A DNA stretch of 64,000 bases from an uncultured Acidobacteriaceae bacterium. Lineage in GTDB: Bacteria > Acidobacteriota > Terriglobia > Terriglobales > Acidobacteriaceae. Below the pieces are notes generated by a model. It was not told where the DNA came from. It worked only from the letters and a program-made list of their open reading frames with translations, and ran no database searches. Positions 9,406 to 19,249 of this stretch are shown one piece after another. The position numbers were made by a program, and so were the translations under genes. Numbering within the stretch: the first letter of the stretch is position 1; each line of letters begins with the position of its first letter. The stretch covers positions 1,603,842 to 1,667,841 of the forward strand of contig CAWGNC010000003.1 in NCBI GenBank assembly GCA_963823865.1, given 5' to 3'.

Positions 9406-9431
9406 AAGGCCCACTCGCGTGAGTGGGCCTT
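9406..9431 (+). terminator. hairpin terminator after the PEP-CTERM gene
   Basis: 11-bp stem AAGGCCCACTC/GAGTGGGCCTT with loop GCGT. The T-tract is weak (TGCTATT). Confidence 0.55.
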
Positions 9432-9493
9432 GCTATTGGCGCGGCTGCCGTATAATTCCAGCAACAAAACTCTAGCGGTACCGCGGGCTTTCC

Positions 9494-11305
9494 TTGGGCA
9501 TCTTCGTCGCGATCAGTGCGCCTCCAGACCCTTCGGCTTCCGAGAATCTTTATCCTCAGGCCCTTCAAGCCGGCCGTAACCTATTCGGGCGCCCTCCTGA
9601 ATCTACTGTTAGCAAGAACTGGTGTCTTGCCACCTCGTTCCGGCGGGAGAACGGCTTCGGCTCCGGTATTGCTACTGACGTCGCGTCAGGAAACTGGATC
9701 GCGGTAGCGGGCACTTGCTTTCACTCCTCCGGCGCGACCGCTGCCGAAGGATTGCTGAAGCATGCTTTCTCAGCGAGTCTGGACCAGTTTGCGCAGTCGA
9801 TTCACGGCTTCTTCGCGATTGTCCTGGGCAATTCCAAGACTCAAGAGTTAACGGTAATCACCGACATCATCGGCAGTTGCCATCTCTATCTTCGGCAGAT
9901 TTCTGGGCACGCGATCCTTTCCACCTCTTCCCTTCTGCTCGCTTCGCTCGCCGAAGTGTCGCTCGACCCCCTGTCGTCTCAGGAATTTCTTGGCATGGGC
10001 GTCATTTATGAAGACCGCAGCCTCTATCGCGAGATCCAGAAGCTACCGGCTGCCTCGGTGATCACATTCAAGGACGGCGTTGAAGTGGGCCGGCGCTCGT
10101 ACTGGGAACCGAGTCGGCTATCGCCGGAGTCGCTGACCTCGGCGCAAGCAACAGAGTTGCTGTGGAACCACCTGGTGTCGGCTGCGACGCAAATCGATAA
10201 CCGCTTTGAAGACATCGTGTGCGATCTGACGGGGGGATATGACTCACGCGCCATGGCCGCCGCTTTTCTTGGTGCCGAGCGTCCATTCACTACGGCGGTG
10301 TCCGGGCCGCCGGACAGTGCCGACGTAACCATCTCTCGCGGACTCGCTGCAAAGTTGGGCTTGCAGAACCTTCACTCGCCTCCGGGTGAAGCTCCGGCCT
10401 TCGATGACCTGAGCGCTGCGGTACAACTGACGGACGGTGAGTATGACGTGGTGGAATACTCCGCGATCACTCGCATCCATCGTGCGTTGTCGCGGAATTT
10501 TCAGATCAGCATCAATGGCTCTTTTGGAGAAGTGGCACGGGGTTACTGGTGGGAATTACTGTTTCCGCACACCGGAGCGCGGCAAGCGTTGGACAGTCAC
10601 AAGCTTTCCGCTGGACGCTATGCGTGGAACTCGGCCAACGATCTGTTCCAGAAACAATTTCAAGTGAACCTGGTCGATCACATGGCTGCCGTGGTGACGC
10701 GAAATACGGCAGACCTGGCCGGCTCTCCCAACACGTTCCAGATGGACGTCGCCTATCTCAGGATGAGGATGCAGCATTGGCAGGGCCGTATTGCCAGCAG
10801 CACAGACCGTATATGGCCTTGTCTCTCGCCCTTCATGTTCCGCCCGGTGCTGGAGACCATGCTGCAATCGCCGCATGCGGCACGGCAGCGAAGTCTTTTG
10901 ATACGGCAAATGCTGGCGAAGTATCAGCCAGTGCTGGCGGAATACCCGTTAGAGCACGGCTACCCCGCGGCGCCGATGAGTGTGGGAAACTTTTGGCGCT
11001 TCTGGCCGCTGGTGCCATATTACGGGCAGCGCGTCTCGCTCAAATTGGCTTCACGTTTTGCAACTGGGAAGTCAGCCGCCAAACAGGAGAGCCTGAGTTC
11101 GCGATTGTGGAAGATGGATGAGGTCCGCGAAGTGCTCGACACGCAACGGATGAGAACGTCGTCAGTCCTGGCTCCGCAAGCCTTGATTTCGTTTTTGGAA
11201 TCTTCGAAGCAGCCCGGCTTTTCGCGTCAGGCGGAGTGGAACCGGCTGCTGAGTATTGAAATGGCGTTCAGTCTCGGCGGGCAACCCAAAGTGACAGCTC
11301 CATAG
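9494..11305 (+). CDS. asparagine synthase (AsnB)-like amidotransferase homolog lacking the N-terminal Cys nucleophile
   Basis: 603-aa ORF with the PP-loop-like motif CDLTGGYDSRAMAAA (compare SGGxDS). It has an Ntn-like N-domain, but the only start (TTG 9494; an in-frame stop lies at 9473) gives MGIFVAIS instead of MCGI. Confidence 0.75.
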   Translation: MGIFVAISAPPDPSASENLYPQALQAGRNLFGRPPESTVSKNWCLATSFRRENGFGSGIATDVASGNWIAVAGTCFHSSGATAAEGLLKHAFSASLDQFAQSIHGFFAIVLGNSKTQELTVITDIIGSCHLYLRQISGHAILSTSSLLLASLAEVSLDPLSSQEFLGMGVIYEDRSLYREIQKLPAASVITFKDGVEVGRRSYWEPSRLSPESLTSAQATELLWNHLVSAATQIDNRFEDIVCDLTGGYDSRAMAAAFLGAERPFTTAVSGPPDSADVTISRGLAAKLGLQNLHSPPGEAPAFDDLSAAVQLTDGEYDVVEYSAITRIHRALSRNFQISINGSFGEVARGYWWELLFPHTGARQALDSHKLSAGRYAWNSANDLFQKQFQVNLVDHMAAVVTRNTADLAGSPNTFQMDVAYLRMRMQHWQGRIASSTDRIWPCLSPFMFRPVLETMLQSPHAARQRSLLIRQMLAKYQPVLAEYPLEHGYPAAPMSVGNFWRFWPLVPYYGQRVSLKLASRFATGKSAAKQESLSSRLWKMDEVREVLDTQRMRTSSVLAPQALISFLESSKQPGFSRQAEWNRLLSIEMAFSLGGQPKVTAP

Positions 11306-11327
11306 TACTCGCGAGCGCCACCTTCCC

Positions 11328-12131
11328 TTACTTTCTCCGATACAAGGCCAGAAGCCAGGGCTTATGCGGCAAATGGGGAAGATTCGAATTGATCAGATCG
11401 CAATAACGAGCGAGCTTTGGCCGACTCGGTGTCATCGTTCGGAACGAATGGCACTCGGGACAGGGGCTGATATCGTCGACAGCCCACGCGTTCGCCATAC
11501 GCGTCCTGACCCAGTGAAGGACAGGATTGTACCGCCGCAGATTGTCACCGAACGCGTTGATGGAAACCGATTCGAAGTCGGGAAACAGAAATCGCAAGTC
11601 GGGCGGCGTGAAGCGACGGCGATGGCTCCAGATGTGAAACGAATGATGGCAATCTCCGCAGACTGCCATATTCTCGCGCATCTTCTCGCTGTTCGGGACG
11701 GTGATCAGAATCGCGGATCCCGCCACTCGATTAAACTCCCGCAACGCGCCGCGATAAGTAGGCTCGTCCAGATGCTCCAGCATCTCGGTGCAAAGCACGA
11801 GATCGTAAGATCGATCCTGAACGCCGACCAGGTTGTCGGCGGAACATTGCAATGTCGGAGCATTCACCCTTGAAAGCGCCACAGCGCTGATGTCGACCGC
11901 CAGCAGAGACTTGCCGCGGCTTGCGATAGCGTTGCTCAATAACCCGTTGCCCGCGCCAACATCGAGAACCGAATGGCAGTCCTCAGGCACCATCTGAACA
12001 GTGGTCGCGACGCGGTTGCGCTCGCGAGTCGTGACTTCCTCCGCGCCGGCCCAGCGGAGGTCGTAAAAAATCTGGTCTGCATCAATCGTCTTCATCGTCT
12101 GCCCTTGCTCTTGAATTTCAACGCCGTGCAA
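11328..12131 (-). CDS. class I SAM-dependent methyltransferase with C-terminal Cys4 (zinc-ribbon-like) motifs
   Basis: Motif I is VLDVGAGNGLL. CGDCHH and CPECH pairs are present. An alternative ATG lies at 12095. Confidence 0.8.
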   Translation of the reverse strand: MHGVEIQEQGQTMKTIDADQIFYDLRWAGAEEVTTRERNRVATTVQMVPEDCHSVLDVGAGNGLLSNAIASRGKSLLAVDISAVALSRVNAPTLQCSADNLVGVQDRSYDLVLCTEMLEHLDEPTYRGALREFNRVAGSAILITVPNSEKMRENMAVCGDCHHSFHIWSHRRRFTPPDLRFLFPDFESVSINAFGDNLRRYNPVLHWVRTRMANAWAVDDISPCPECHSFRTMTPSRPKLARYCDLINSNLPHLPHKPWLLALYRRK

Positions 12132-13688
12132 CTACGCTCGTGCACCCTTCACCAATAAATAGAATTTCCGCATGCGTTGCCTCTCCGCCAACATGACGAA
12201 GGCCAAGTAAGTGATCGCCCCGGCGGCTACTGAAATGGAAAAACGTAAGAGAATCGGCCAGGCCGCCGGTTCGAGCGCCCGAACTCCCAGGACCAAGGCC
12301 CCCATGACGACACACGCCCGTAGAGCCGGAACCATCGAGGACAGGTACTTCCAGATCGACAGGTTGAGTTCTTTGGCGGTGCGCCATATGAGCGGCGCGG
12401 TGATGCATGGATAAATGACAATCCACGTCGCGGCAATACCGGTGGTTCCCCAATGACTGCTTACGTAGAACGAGACTGGGAAGATGATGGCAGCGACGAC
12501 CGTATTTAACATCACGAATCGCGATCGCTCGATGGCGTTCAACAGGTTCGGCAGCAATGTGGTAACCGAGCGCAGCGCGGCGCAGAGGGCGAGCAGTTGC
12601 ATCGGCAGCACCGCCGGAAGCCATTTCGCGCCCAGCACGACCAGCACAAACTGATCGGCTACAATCGCCAGCCCCACGCTCGCCGGGAAGCAGAGCAATG
12701 CCAAGCCTTCCGTAATGCTCAACAGGTAGCGTTGGAGTTGCGCTTTGTCGTGGCGCACAGCCGAAAAGAACGCCGGCGTCACCTTCATCACCATGTTGGT
12801 GATCTTTTCGACGGGAGTTGCAGCCATGGTCCACGCCATGGTGTATGCGCCCAGGCTGGCCTGACCTAAGACGCGGCCTGCAACCAGGAAATCGGAATTG
12901 GAATACGAGTACCAGGCGACGCGGGAGCCAAGGATGTCGGCGCTGAACTTCAGGGATCGCTTGATTTCCCTCAAGTTCGGCCAGGCAAAGCTGTGCCGTC
13001 GCGCCAGTATGACCAGCACGGTGTAAAGCGTCGTACCGGCCAGATTGCCCAGCGCCAGGCTCCAGTAGCCGAATCCCGCCCACGCCAACGTTACTGTGCC
13101 CAGCCCCTGCACCAGTGCTCGCATAATGTCGAACGATGCGATCACTTTGAAACGCAGCTCTCGCTGCAGCAAAGCGTCGGGCACAACCTGAAATCCCGCG
13201 ATGAGGAAGCCGACACTCATGGCCATGATCACCGTGGGCAGTTGCGCAGCATGGAAGAACCGTCCGATCACAGTGGACAATGCGACGGAAACGGCGCATA
13301 AACCCGCGCCCAACATGAGCGAGATGCTGTTGATCTGCGAGATATGGCGGCGAGTCATGTCGCGCAAGGTGATGATGGACTGGCCCATGCCAAATTCGCT
13401 GATGAGCGAGACCAGACCGATGTACATGGTGGCCATGCCGTACAGGCCGTAGTCGGAGGGAGCGAGAATGCGCGCGGCGATAATGCTGGCCGCCCACGTC
13501 ACCAACTGCGTGGCCCACTTGGCGCCGCCGGTCCAGGCGATGGCGTGCAGCAAGGTGTGGTCCATCGAGGTCTGGGCCTCGGCCGCGGGTGCCGGCCTAG
13601 GCTCCGTGACGCCTGGCTCAGGGCCCAAAGGCAGTGCCTGGTCGAAACCCTCTTCCGACACTTCTAGCGCTGTGTTCTTACCGGCCAT
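12132..13688 (-). CDS. polysaccharide/oligosaccharide flippase (Wzx, MOP superfamily)
   Basis: 518-aa ORF with about 12-14 TM segments and typical Wzx-like composition, in an EPS locus context. Confidence 0.8.
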   Translation of the reverse strand: MAGKNTALEVSEEGFDQALPLGPEPGVTEPRPAPAAEAQTSMDHTLLHAIAWTGGAKWATQLVTWAASIIAARILAPSDYGLYGMATMYIGLVSLISEFGMGQSIITLRDMTRRHISQINSISLMLGAGLCAVSVALSTVIGRFFHAAQLPTVIMAMSVGFLIAGFQVVPDALLQRELRFKVIASFDIMRALVQGLGTVTLAWAGFGYWSLALGNLAGTTLYTVLVILARRHSFAWPNLREIKRSLKFSADILGSRVAWYSYSNSDFLVAGRVLGQASLGAYTMAWTMAATPVEKITNMVMKVTPAFFSAVRHDKAQLQRYLLSITEGLALLCFPASVGLAIVADQFVLVVLGAKWLPAVLPMQLLALCAALRSVTTLLPNLLNAIERSRFVMLNTVVAAIIFPVSFYVSSHWGTTGIAATWIVIYPCITAPLIWRTAKELNLSIWKYLSSMVPALRACVVMGALVLGVRALEPAAWPILLRFSISVAAGAITYLAFVMLAERQRMRKFYLLVKGARA

Positions 13689-13742
13689 TCTTTTCGACCT
13701 TCAATGCCGCACCTGTCGTGGTTAACAAAACTCTCTCCCGCT

Positions 13743-15122
13743 TCACTTCTTACTTTTTACTTCGGCGAGCGCCAGCGCGCGTTCGTAAGTCTGCTGAGCG
13801 TCCTTCTGCATGCCTTTCGCTTTGTAGGCCAAAGCCAACTGAAGCAAAGCGTTGGCATTGTCCGGCTCAATATCAACCTGTTTCATCAACGCGGCCACAG
13901 CTATATCAGGCTCATTGAGTTGCATTGCCGCCACGCCGATGCCGGCATAGACCTGCGGATTGGCAGGATCGAGTTTCGCGGCACTCTGGAAGGCTTGCAG
14001 CGCGAGTTCGAAATTGCCATTCATTGCAGCGGCGGTGCCAATTCCGATCCGAGCCGAGGCATTGGCCGGATCGCGCTTGACGATTTCCGCGAAGGCGGCG
14101 ATGGAATCCTTGGCGCGACGCTCGGCCAGCAAAACCATCGCTAGCTGGTAACGAACATCATTGGCTGCAGGTTGAAGAGCCAGTGAGCGACGGAAGGACT
14201 GCTCCGCCGCCGGAAACTGTTGCTGCTGCAAGTAGGCCTGTCCCAACAGGGAAAATCCTTCGGCGAAATCAGGATTCTTGCGCACGCTTTCGTTCAAGTC
14301 GCCAATTGCCTGCTTGCTCTGTCCGGCGGCAAGCAGCGTCCGGCCTCGTTCTGCGGGAACAATGTAGCCTTCCGCGCGGACAATCAGACCGTAGCCGAGG
14401 ACCAGACTGCAGGCCGCCGCCGCGACGACCATCCAGCGCGCCGACGTCCACGCCAGTAGAGCGCCAACTAACAATCCCGATACCAGGCCACCGATGTGCG
14501 CCGCATTTCCGGCGCCTCCATTGAAAATGCCAACGAAGAGGTTGTATCCGGCAAAGGCGAGGACGCTCAACAGCACGGCCTTCATCGCGTTTCGAGGAAA
14601 AGGATGGTCACCCAGACAAAACGATGCGATCAGGGCTCCGGCTATACCAAAGACGGCACCGGAGGCACCGGCCTCGACGGAGAATGGATGCCAGAGAAGA
14701 CTGAGCAGCGATCCCGCAATGCCAGTGGTCAGATAAATGGTCAGGAACATTGTGCGGCCGTAGAGGCGTTCGGCAAATGATCCCAAGTCCCACAGACACC
14801 ACATGTTCACCGCGAGGTGCAGCCAGCCGAGATGCACAAACACCGAAGTAAACAGCCGCCAAGGCTGACCGCCGAGAGTCAATGGGCCGAAGTTTGCGCC
14901 CCATAGCGTGGACCGCTGCGATGCCATCAACCCGTGCGGCATCGGCAACAGCTTCATCGCGCAGAAGACCACGACACAAGCCGCGATCAACAATGGCGTG
15001 ATGACAACGGCAGGTACCGGATTGATCGAAGCCGTCACGTTGTTAGCGCGGTCAGCAGGCAGCGCGCCCGCAGTCGACGCGTCGATCAACAGCTCCCCCG
15101 AATTTGTTTCGGCTCGATTCAT
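13743..15122 (-). CDS. rhomboid-family intramembrane serine protease fused to C-terminal TPR repeats
   Basis: Rhomboid motifs WRLFTSVFVHLGWLHLAVNM, GASGAVFG (catalytic Ser) and AHIGGLVSG (catalytic His). About five TPR-like repeats lie in the C-terminal 200 aa. Confidence 0.85.
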   Translation of the reverse strand: MNRAETNSGELLIDASTAGALPADRANNVTASINPVPAVVITPLLIAACVVVFCAMKLLPMPHGLMASQRSTLWGANFGPLTLGGQPWRLFTSVFVHLGWLHLAVNMWCLWDLGSFAERLYGRTMFLTIYLTTGIAGSLLSLLWHPFSVEAGASGAVFGIAGALIASFCLGDHPFPRNAMKAVLLSVLAFAGYNLFVGIFNGGAGNAAHIGGLVSGLLVGALLAWTSARWMVVAAAACSLVLGYGLIVRAEGYIVPAERGRTLLAAGQSKQAIGDLNESVRKNPDFAEGFSLLGQAYLQQQQFPAAEQSFRRSLALQPAANDVRYQLAMVLLAERRAKDSIAAFAEIVKRDPANASARIGIGTAAAMNGNFELALQAFQSAAKLDPANPQVYAGIGVAAMQLNEPDIAVAALMKQVDIEPDNANALLQLALAYKAKGMQKDAQQTYERALALAEVKSKK

Positions 15123-15127
15123 TGGTT

Positions 15128-16339
15128 TTAGGCCATTACCGCCGGCTGCGCTTCCGGCACCTGCTGCCGGGTTGAACGCCGCAGGAAGTCCTCCACCCTA
15201 TCCGCGACGTCATCCCATGTCTGGGAACGCGCGTAGCGAACAATCCAGTCGCGATCCCAACTGATGGCCAAGGCGCCGCGCAAGCCGCCGTAGATTGATT
15301 CCGGCGTAGCCTCGACGACGATGCCGAGTTTGGGATCACTCAGAATCTCCGAGACTGCACCAGTATCCGTCGCGACGACTGGTATGCCACACGCGAGAGA
15401 TTCAAGCACAACGTTGGGCCAGCCCTCTTTGCGGCTTGGCAGACAGCTGACGTCGGCAGCGACGAAGTATTGTCTGAGTTCGCAGTTGTCGACAGCTCCG
15501 GCGAACCGGCAAACATCCGCACAACCGAGCTGCGCCGCCAACCGCTTGAGATTTGTCAGCTCTTCTCCTCGCCCGACGAACACGACCTTCAGTGTGGGAA
15601 CATCTTTTTTCAGCAACGCTGCAGCGCGAACCAGCAGGTCTGGACCTTTTACGTTCCGCAAGGCAGCCACGCTGACAATCATTTTGTCTGCGTCAGCAAT
15701 TCCGATCGCGCGCCTGGCCGAGGCGCGGTCACCCGGATAGAAGCGTCCGGCATCGACGCCGTTGCCGATCACTTCCGCCGACGCCAGCGTTCCTTCCAGC
15801 TCCAGCATGGCTCGTGCCAGAGAAGTGGACACCGCCGCTACAGCGTCAGCGTGACGAAGCGTCCAGCGAATCTGCGGACGAATCGTAGCGAACGACGGAA
15901 ATGTGTGGACATCGCTGCCGCGCGCAGTGACCGTGACTGGGATGTTCAGCGCCCGGCCCGTCATCACCGCCGCCAGGCCATCGGGAAAAACGTAGTGAGC
16001 GTCAATGCAGTCGAACCGGCGCTCCTGATGCAGCTGCCGCACGCGTCGAATGCACCCGGCGTACATGAGAGCGCCATGCAGAGGCATCGATACTCCCGGC
16101 AGCAGCGGATACCGGGGGTGATGGACCGACAGGCCGGCAAGGGTCTCGGCTTGCGGAATGGTGGCGACGCCTCCTCGCGAAGTGTTACTAAGAAATCTGG
16201 GTGCGTAGGGGACAGGCGCGACGACCTGAACACTATTGCCCTCGCGGCGCGCCAGGTGCAGAGTGCGTTGCAGGATAAAGATCCCGTGATTCGGCGACTG
16301 CGCGTTCGGAAAGAGACTGGTGAACGTCAGGATACGCAT
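15128..16339 (-). CDS. glycosyltransferase family 4
   Basis: 403-aa ORF starting MRILTFTSLFPN. Its C-terminus is GT4-like (PSRKEGWPNVVLESLACGIPVVATDTGAVSEIL). Confidence 0.85.
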   Translation of the reverse strand: MRILTFTSLFPNAQSPNHGIFILQRTLHLARREGNSVQVVAPVPYAPRFLSNTSRGGVATIPQAETLAGLSVHHPRYPLLPGVSMPLHGALMYAGCIRRVRQLHQERRFDCIDAHYVFPDGLAAVMTGRALNIPVTVTARGSDVHTFPSFATIRPQIRWTLRHADAVAAVSTSLARAMLELEGTLASAEVIGNGVDAGRFYPGDRASARRAIGIADADKMIVSVAALRNVKGPDLLVRAAALLKKDVPTLKVVFVGRGEELTNLKRLAAQLGCADVCRFAGAVDNCELRQYFVAADVSCLPSRKEGWPNVVLESLACGIPVVATDTGAVSEILSDPKLGIVVEATPESIYGGLRGALAISWDRDWIVRYARSQTWDDVADRVEDFLRRSTRQQVPEAQPAVMA

Positions 16340-16342
16340 GGT

Positions 16343-17248
16343 CTACACCTGTACACAGCGCTCCTTGACGTTTGCTGCGGACCGCTCTCCGGCCGCACCG
16401 TTGATTTCCGCCCGCGCGGGAAGATATACGTTTTCGTAAATCGTGCCAAGCTTGAACTGCTGCAGCAGCCGCTCCAGCTTGGTCTTCATTTGCGAAAGGC
16501 CGGTGTATTGCCGCAGCCGCGATTTCGCGGAAGCGTGCAACCGGGGCTGCGACGGATCAATTTCCCACGGATGCAGATACAAGACCGCAGGTCGCCGTTC
16601 GTCATGATTGATGGAGCGCAGGCCGGTGCGCATCAGCGCGTAGGGCAGAATCCGCAGGTAGGCTCCGCCCGCGACCGGAACGTTTTGCCCCAGAACACGC
16701 CAGGTCGCCACGGGTAGCTCAAGCAAGTTACGACCGACGCGGAAAGGCTCCCGGCTGGCGCCTGCGTTTCCGTAAAAACCGTGATGGATCGGGTTCACGC
16801 TGGAGTCATAAGAGAAGCCCAGCTCTTCCAGAACGTCGTAGGCCCACGGCACGGCCTGCGTGATGGAGAAGCACGGAGCGCGATAACCGTAAACCGGCGC
16901 GCCGCTCGCATCTTCGATCAAACGCTTGGCTCGAAACGTGTCTTCGCGAAATTCCGCCGGGGTCAGCCTAAACACGGCCCGGTGCCAATAGCTGTGACAT
17001 CCCACCTCATGCCCAAGATCGCTGGCCTGCTGGACGAGCGCGGGGAACCTTTCGGCTACCCAGCCTAGAAAGAAGAAAGTGGCGCTGACGTGATACCTGG
17101 CGAATAGCTCGAAAAGGGCGTTTGTATTGGCCTCAACGTGGCAGTCGAAGGCGTTCCAGCGCTCGCGCGGCGCGACAGCCGACATGGCTTCGGTCTGGAA
17201 GTAATCCTCGACATCGACGGAGAGGGCGTTTACTGGAATCATTCGCAT
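16343..17248 (-). CDS. polysaccharide deacetylase, PEP-CTERM-locus subfamily (DUF3473-type)
   Basis: Reading from the ATG at 17248 gives MRMIPVNALSVDVEDYFQ, the characteristic N-terminus of this subfamily. The ORF track extends to 17467 but that upstream part is not protein-like. Confidence 0.8.
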   Translation of the reverse strand: MRMIPVNALSVDVEDYFQTEAMSAVAPRERWNAFDCHVEANTNALFELFARYHVSATFFFLGWVAERFPALVQQASDLGHEVGCHSYWHRAVFRLTPAEFREDTFRAKRLIEDASGAPVYGYRAPCFSITQAVPWAYDVLEELGFSYDSSVNPIHHGFYGNAGASREPFRVGRNLLELPVATWRVLGQNVPVAGGAYLRILPYALMRTGLRSINHDERRPAVLYLHPWEIDPSQPRLHASAKSRLRQYTGLSQMKTKLERLLQQFKLGTIYENVYLPARAEINGAAGERSAANVKERCVQV

Positions 17249-17505
17249 TGACAGTTGCAGTCGAACTGCCAAAAACTCAAGCCTTTGCCGAAGCCACGGG
17301 CGGCAAAACCATGGGGGAAGCAGCGAAAAAGAGGTTTCAACGGAAAAAGTTTTCTTAATTAGCTGACAAATTGAGCCTAGTTCGTTATCTCTAGAGACAG
17401 CCGCTCCAGATCGCCAAGCTGTAGCCGCGCTGACGCTTAAGACGTTTAGACGGCCCAGGACCACCAATTTCCAAGCGCTGCAGACGAAGGTCCCGAAAGC
17501 TGAGG

Positions 17506-19212
17506 ATGAGCCAGAATTTGACGCGAAAAAAATTGAAAGAACTGGACGACTGCAGACATTGTTACGGAAGAGGCTGTGCGGCGAAAGTCGAGAAGCTGCT
17601 TCGCGGCTTTCGTAACCTGACGTTCAAGGATGCCGAATCCCTGGTTCACTTCCATGACGTGCTGTTATTCTTGCGCGCGTTTCCCCAAAGTCCCCGAGTC
17701 GCGAAGTTGGCCGATTCCCTGCTGGCGGGTGTCGGCAGGCAGGTGCAGCAACTTCGCGAGAGTGGTGCGAACCTTGACCTGTTTGACGATGAGGAATTTT
17801 CCGGCGTAGCGAACACCGTCGTTCGCGACAACTCGACCTATGATGTAGCGCATTGGCTGATGAATCGGCACGGGAAGCAGATCACCGTAAACTGGGACAT
17901 CGATGAGCAAGGCCGGCAGATGTCATCCAGCCTTCCGCCTTTTCTGCCGTTGCTTGCGGACGACTGCCTGGTGGAAGCTGACACACCTTACTTGAAGTGG
18001 CTGATGACCGCTGCCGGCGGCAGCGAGCGAATTCTGCCATGGTTGCTGCAACGTATCGAAAGCCTGCCGCTCTCTCCCGTGGAAAAGACTGCCGCATATG
18101 ACGCGTTGCGGATCGAGTTGGCATGGGATCTCGCCGAATCTCCCGACAGCCGAACGTTGGCGCGCCGCAATCCCCAGCGTTTCTTCTTTCATCGCGAACC
18201 GCTGCTGCAACGCAAGCAGGTTTCGCTTGCCGATGAGCTGACTTCGCCGGCATTGCCGCTTCGCAGGTTGTCGCGGAGGGAAGGCGAAGAGGTGCTGGAC
18301 ATGGCGCGAGCGATTTTGGCCGTGCGTTATCGCGAGCTTTATGGAACCACCCGCGCCGATCCTGAGAGCGTGATCGAGTTTGACGTTGGCCGCGGCGTGC
18401 AAATCTTCCTGTGGGGCATTCCGCCCGAGCGGCGCTTGCCGCTGCGCGCCTACCACGCGGGAACCACACTGAAAAACGGCGTCCCCATCAATTATCTTGA
18501 GGCGATTTCGCTCTTTGAATGGATGGAGGTCGGCTTCAACACCTTCTATGCGTTTCGCGAAGGAGAGACTGCGTGGATCTATGCCAAGGTCTTGCACCTG
18601 CTGCATCAGGTAACCGGCGTGACCACGTTTTCGGCGTATCCGTATCAGCTGGGCCATGAAAATGAGGAGGCCATAAAATCCGGCGCGTTCTGGTTTTATC
18701 GCAAGCTCGGTTTTCGGCCCGGCCGTCCTGAGTTGCTGGCGCTGGCCGAGCGGGAGGAAGCTAGGATGGTGCGTAGCCCGGGACATCGTAGCTCAGCCGC
18801 AACCTTGCGAAAGCTGGCGGCTCACCATGCCTTCTATGAATTTGGCGACGGGCAGCGCGAATTGTGGGACGCATTCTCCACTCGCAATCTCGGCTTTGCG
18901 GTGCAGCGGGAAATAGCCAGTAAGTTTGGAAGCGACCCAAATAAGATGCGCGAGGCCGCGGTAGCGCGTCTCTCCGGCGTTCTCGATATCGATCCGGCCG
19001 GGCTCAATCAGGATGAGCGCACCGCGTTCGACGATTTCGCTCCATTGCTCTGGCTGGTGCAGGACCTTTCATCGTGGAGCAAACAGGAAAAAGGCGCGCT
19101 GGCCGAGGTTATTCGCGCGAAAGCCGCGAAAGACGAAGTCGAATATTTGCGGCAGCTACAGCGGCACCACAGGTTGAAAGCGGCTCTTCTTCGGCTGGGA
19201 TCCGCTGACTAA
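17506..19212 (+). CDS. hypothetical protein with N-terminal CxxCx4C and C-terminal GNAT-like motif
   Basis: 568-aa intact ORF, transcribed divergently from the EPS locus. It contains DDCRHCYGRGC near the N-terminus and ...AIKSGAFWFYRKLGFRPG (GNAT-type A..FY.K.GF) around residue 400. I did not recognise a family. Confidence 0.6.
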   Translation: MSQNLTRKKLKELDDCRHCYGRGCAAKVEKLLRGFRNLTFKDAESLVHFHDVLLFLRAFPQSPRVAKLADSLLAGVGRQVQQLRESGANLDLFDDEEFSGVANTVVRDNSTYDVAHWLMNRHGKQITVNWDIDEQGRQMSSSLPPFLPLLADDCLVEADTPYLKWLMTAAGGSERILPWLLQRIESLPLSPVEKTAAYDALRIELAWDLAESPDSRTLARRNPQRFFFHREPLLQRKQVSLADELTSPALPLRRLSRREGEEVLDMARAILAVRYRELYGTTRADPESVIEFDVGRGVQIFLWGIPPERRLPLRAYHAGTTLKNGVPINYLEAISLFEWMEVGFNTFYAFREGETAWIYAKVLHLLHQVTGVTTFSAYPYQLGHENEEAIKSGAFWFYRKLGFRPGRPELLALAEREEARMVRSPGHRSSAATLRKLAAHHAFYEFGDGQRELWDAFSTRNLGFAVQREIASKFGSDPNKMREAAVARLSGVLDIDPAGLNQDERTAFDDFAPLLWLVQDLSSWSKQEKGALAEVIRAKAAKDEVEYLRQLQRHHRLKAALLRLGSAD

Positions 19213-19249
19213 GCAGGTCGCGATTTCCGCGAACGGTCCTGGCTCAAGA

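Noticed and set aside
12118-13518. 466-aa ORF overlapping the Wzx flippase gene on the same (minus) strand in a different reading frame. Similar long overlapping ORFs occur at 15470-16717, 17923-18786, 20423-21490, 24586-25275, 25290-26228, 26953-27873, 30703-31863, 32539-33588, 36765-37619, 52716-54341, 55129-56625, 57996-59168, 61889-62602 and 62725-63429.
   Set aside because: These are high-GC shadow ORFs. Their translations are Arg/Ala/Gly/Pro-rich low-complexity sequence with no recognisable motifs. Each one overlaps a gene with clear family signatures, either on the opposite strand or in another frame.
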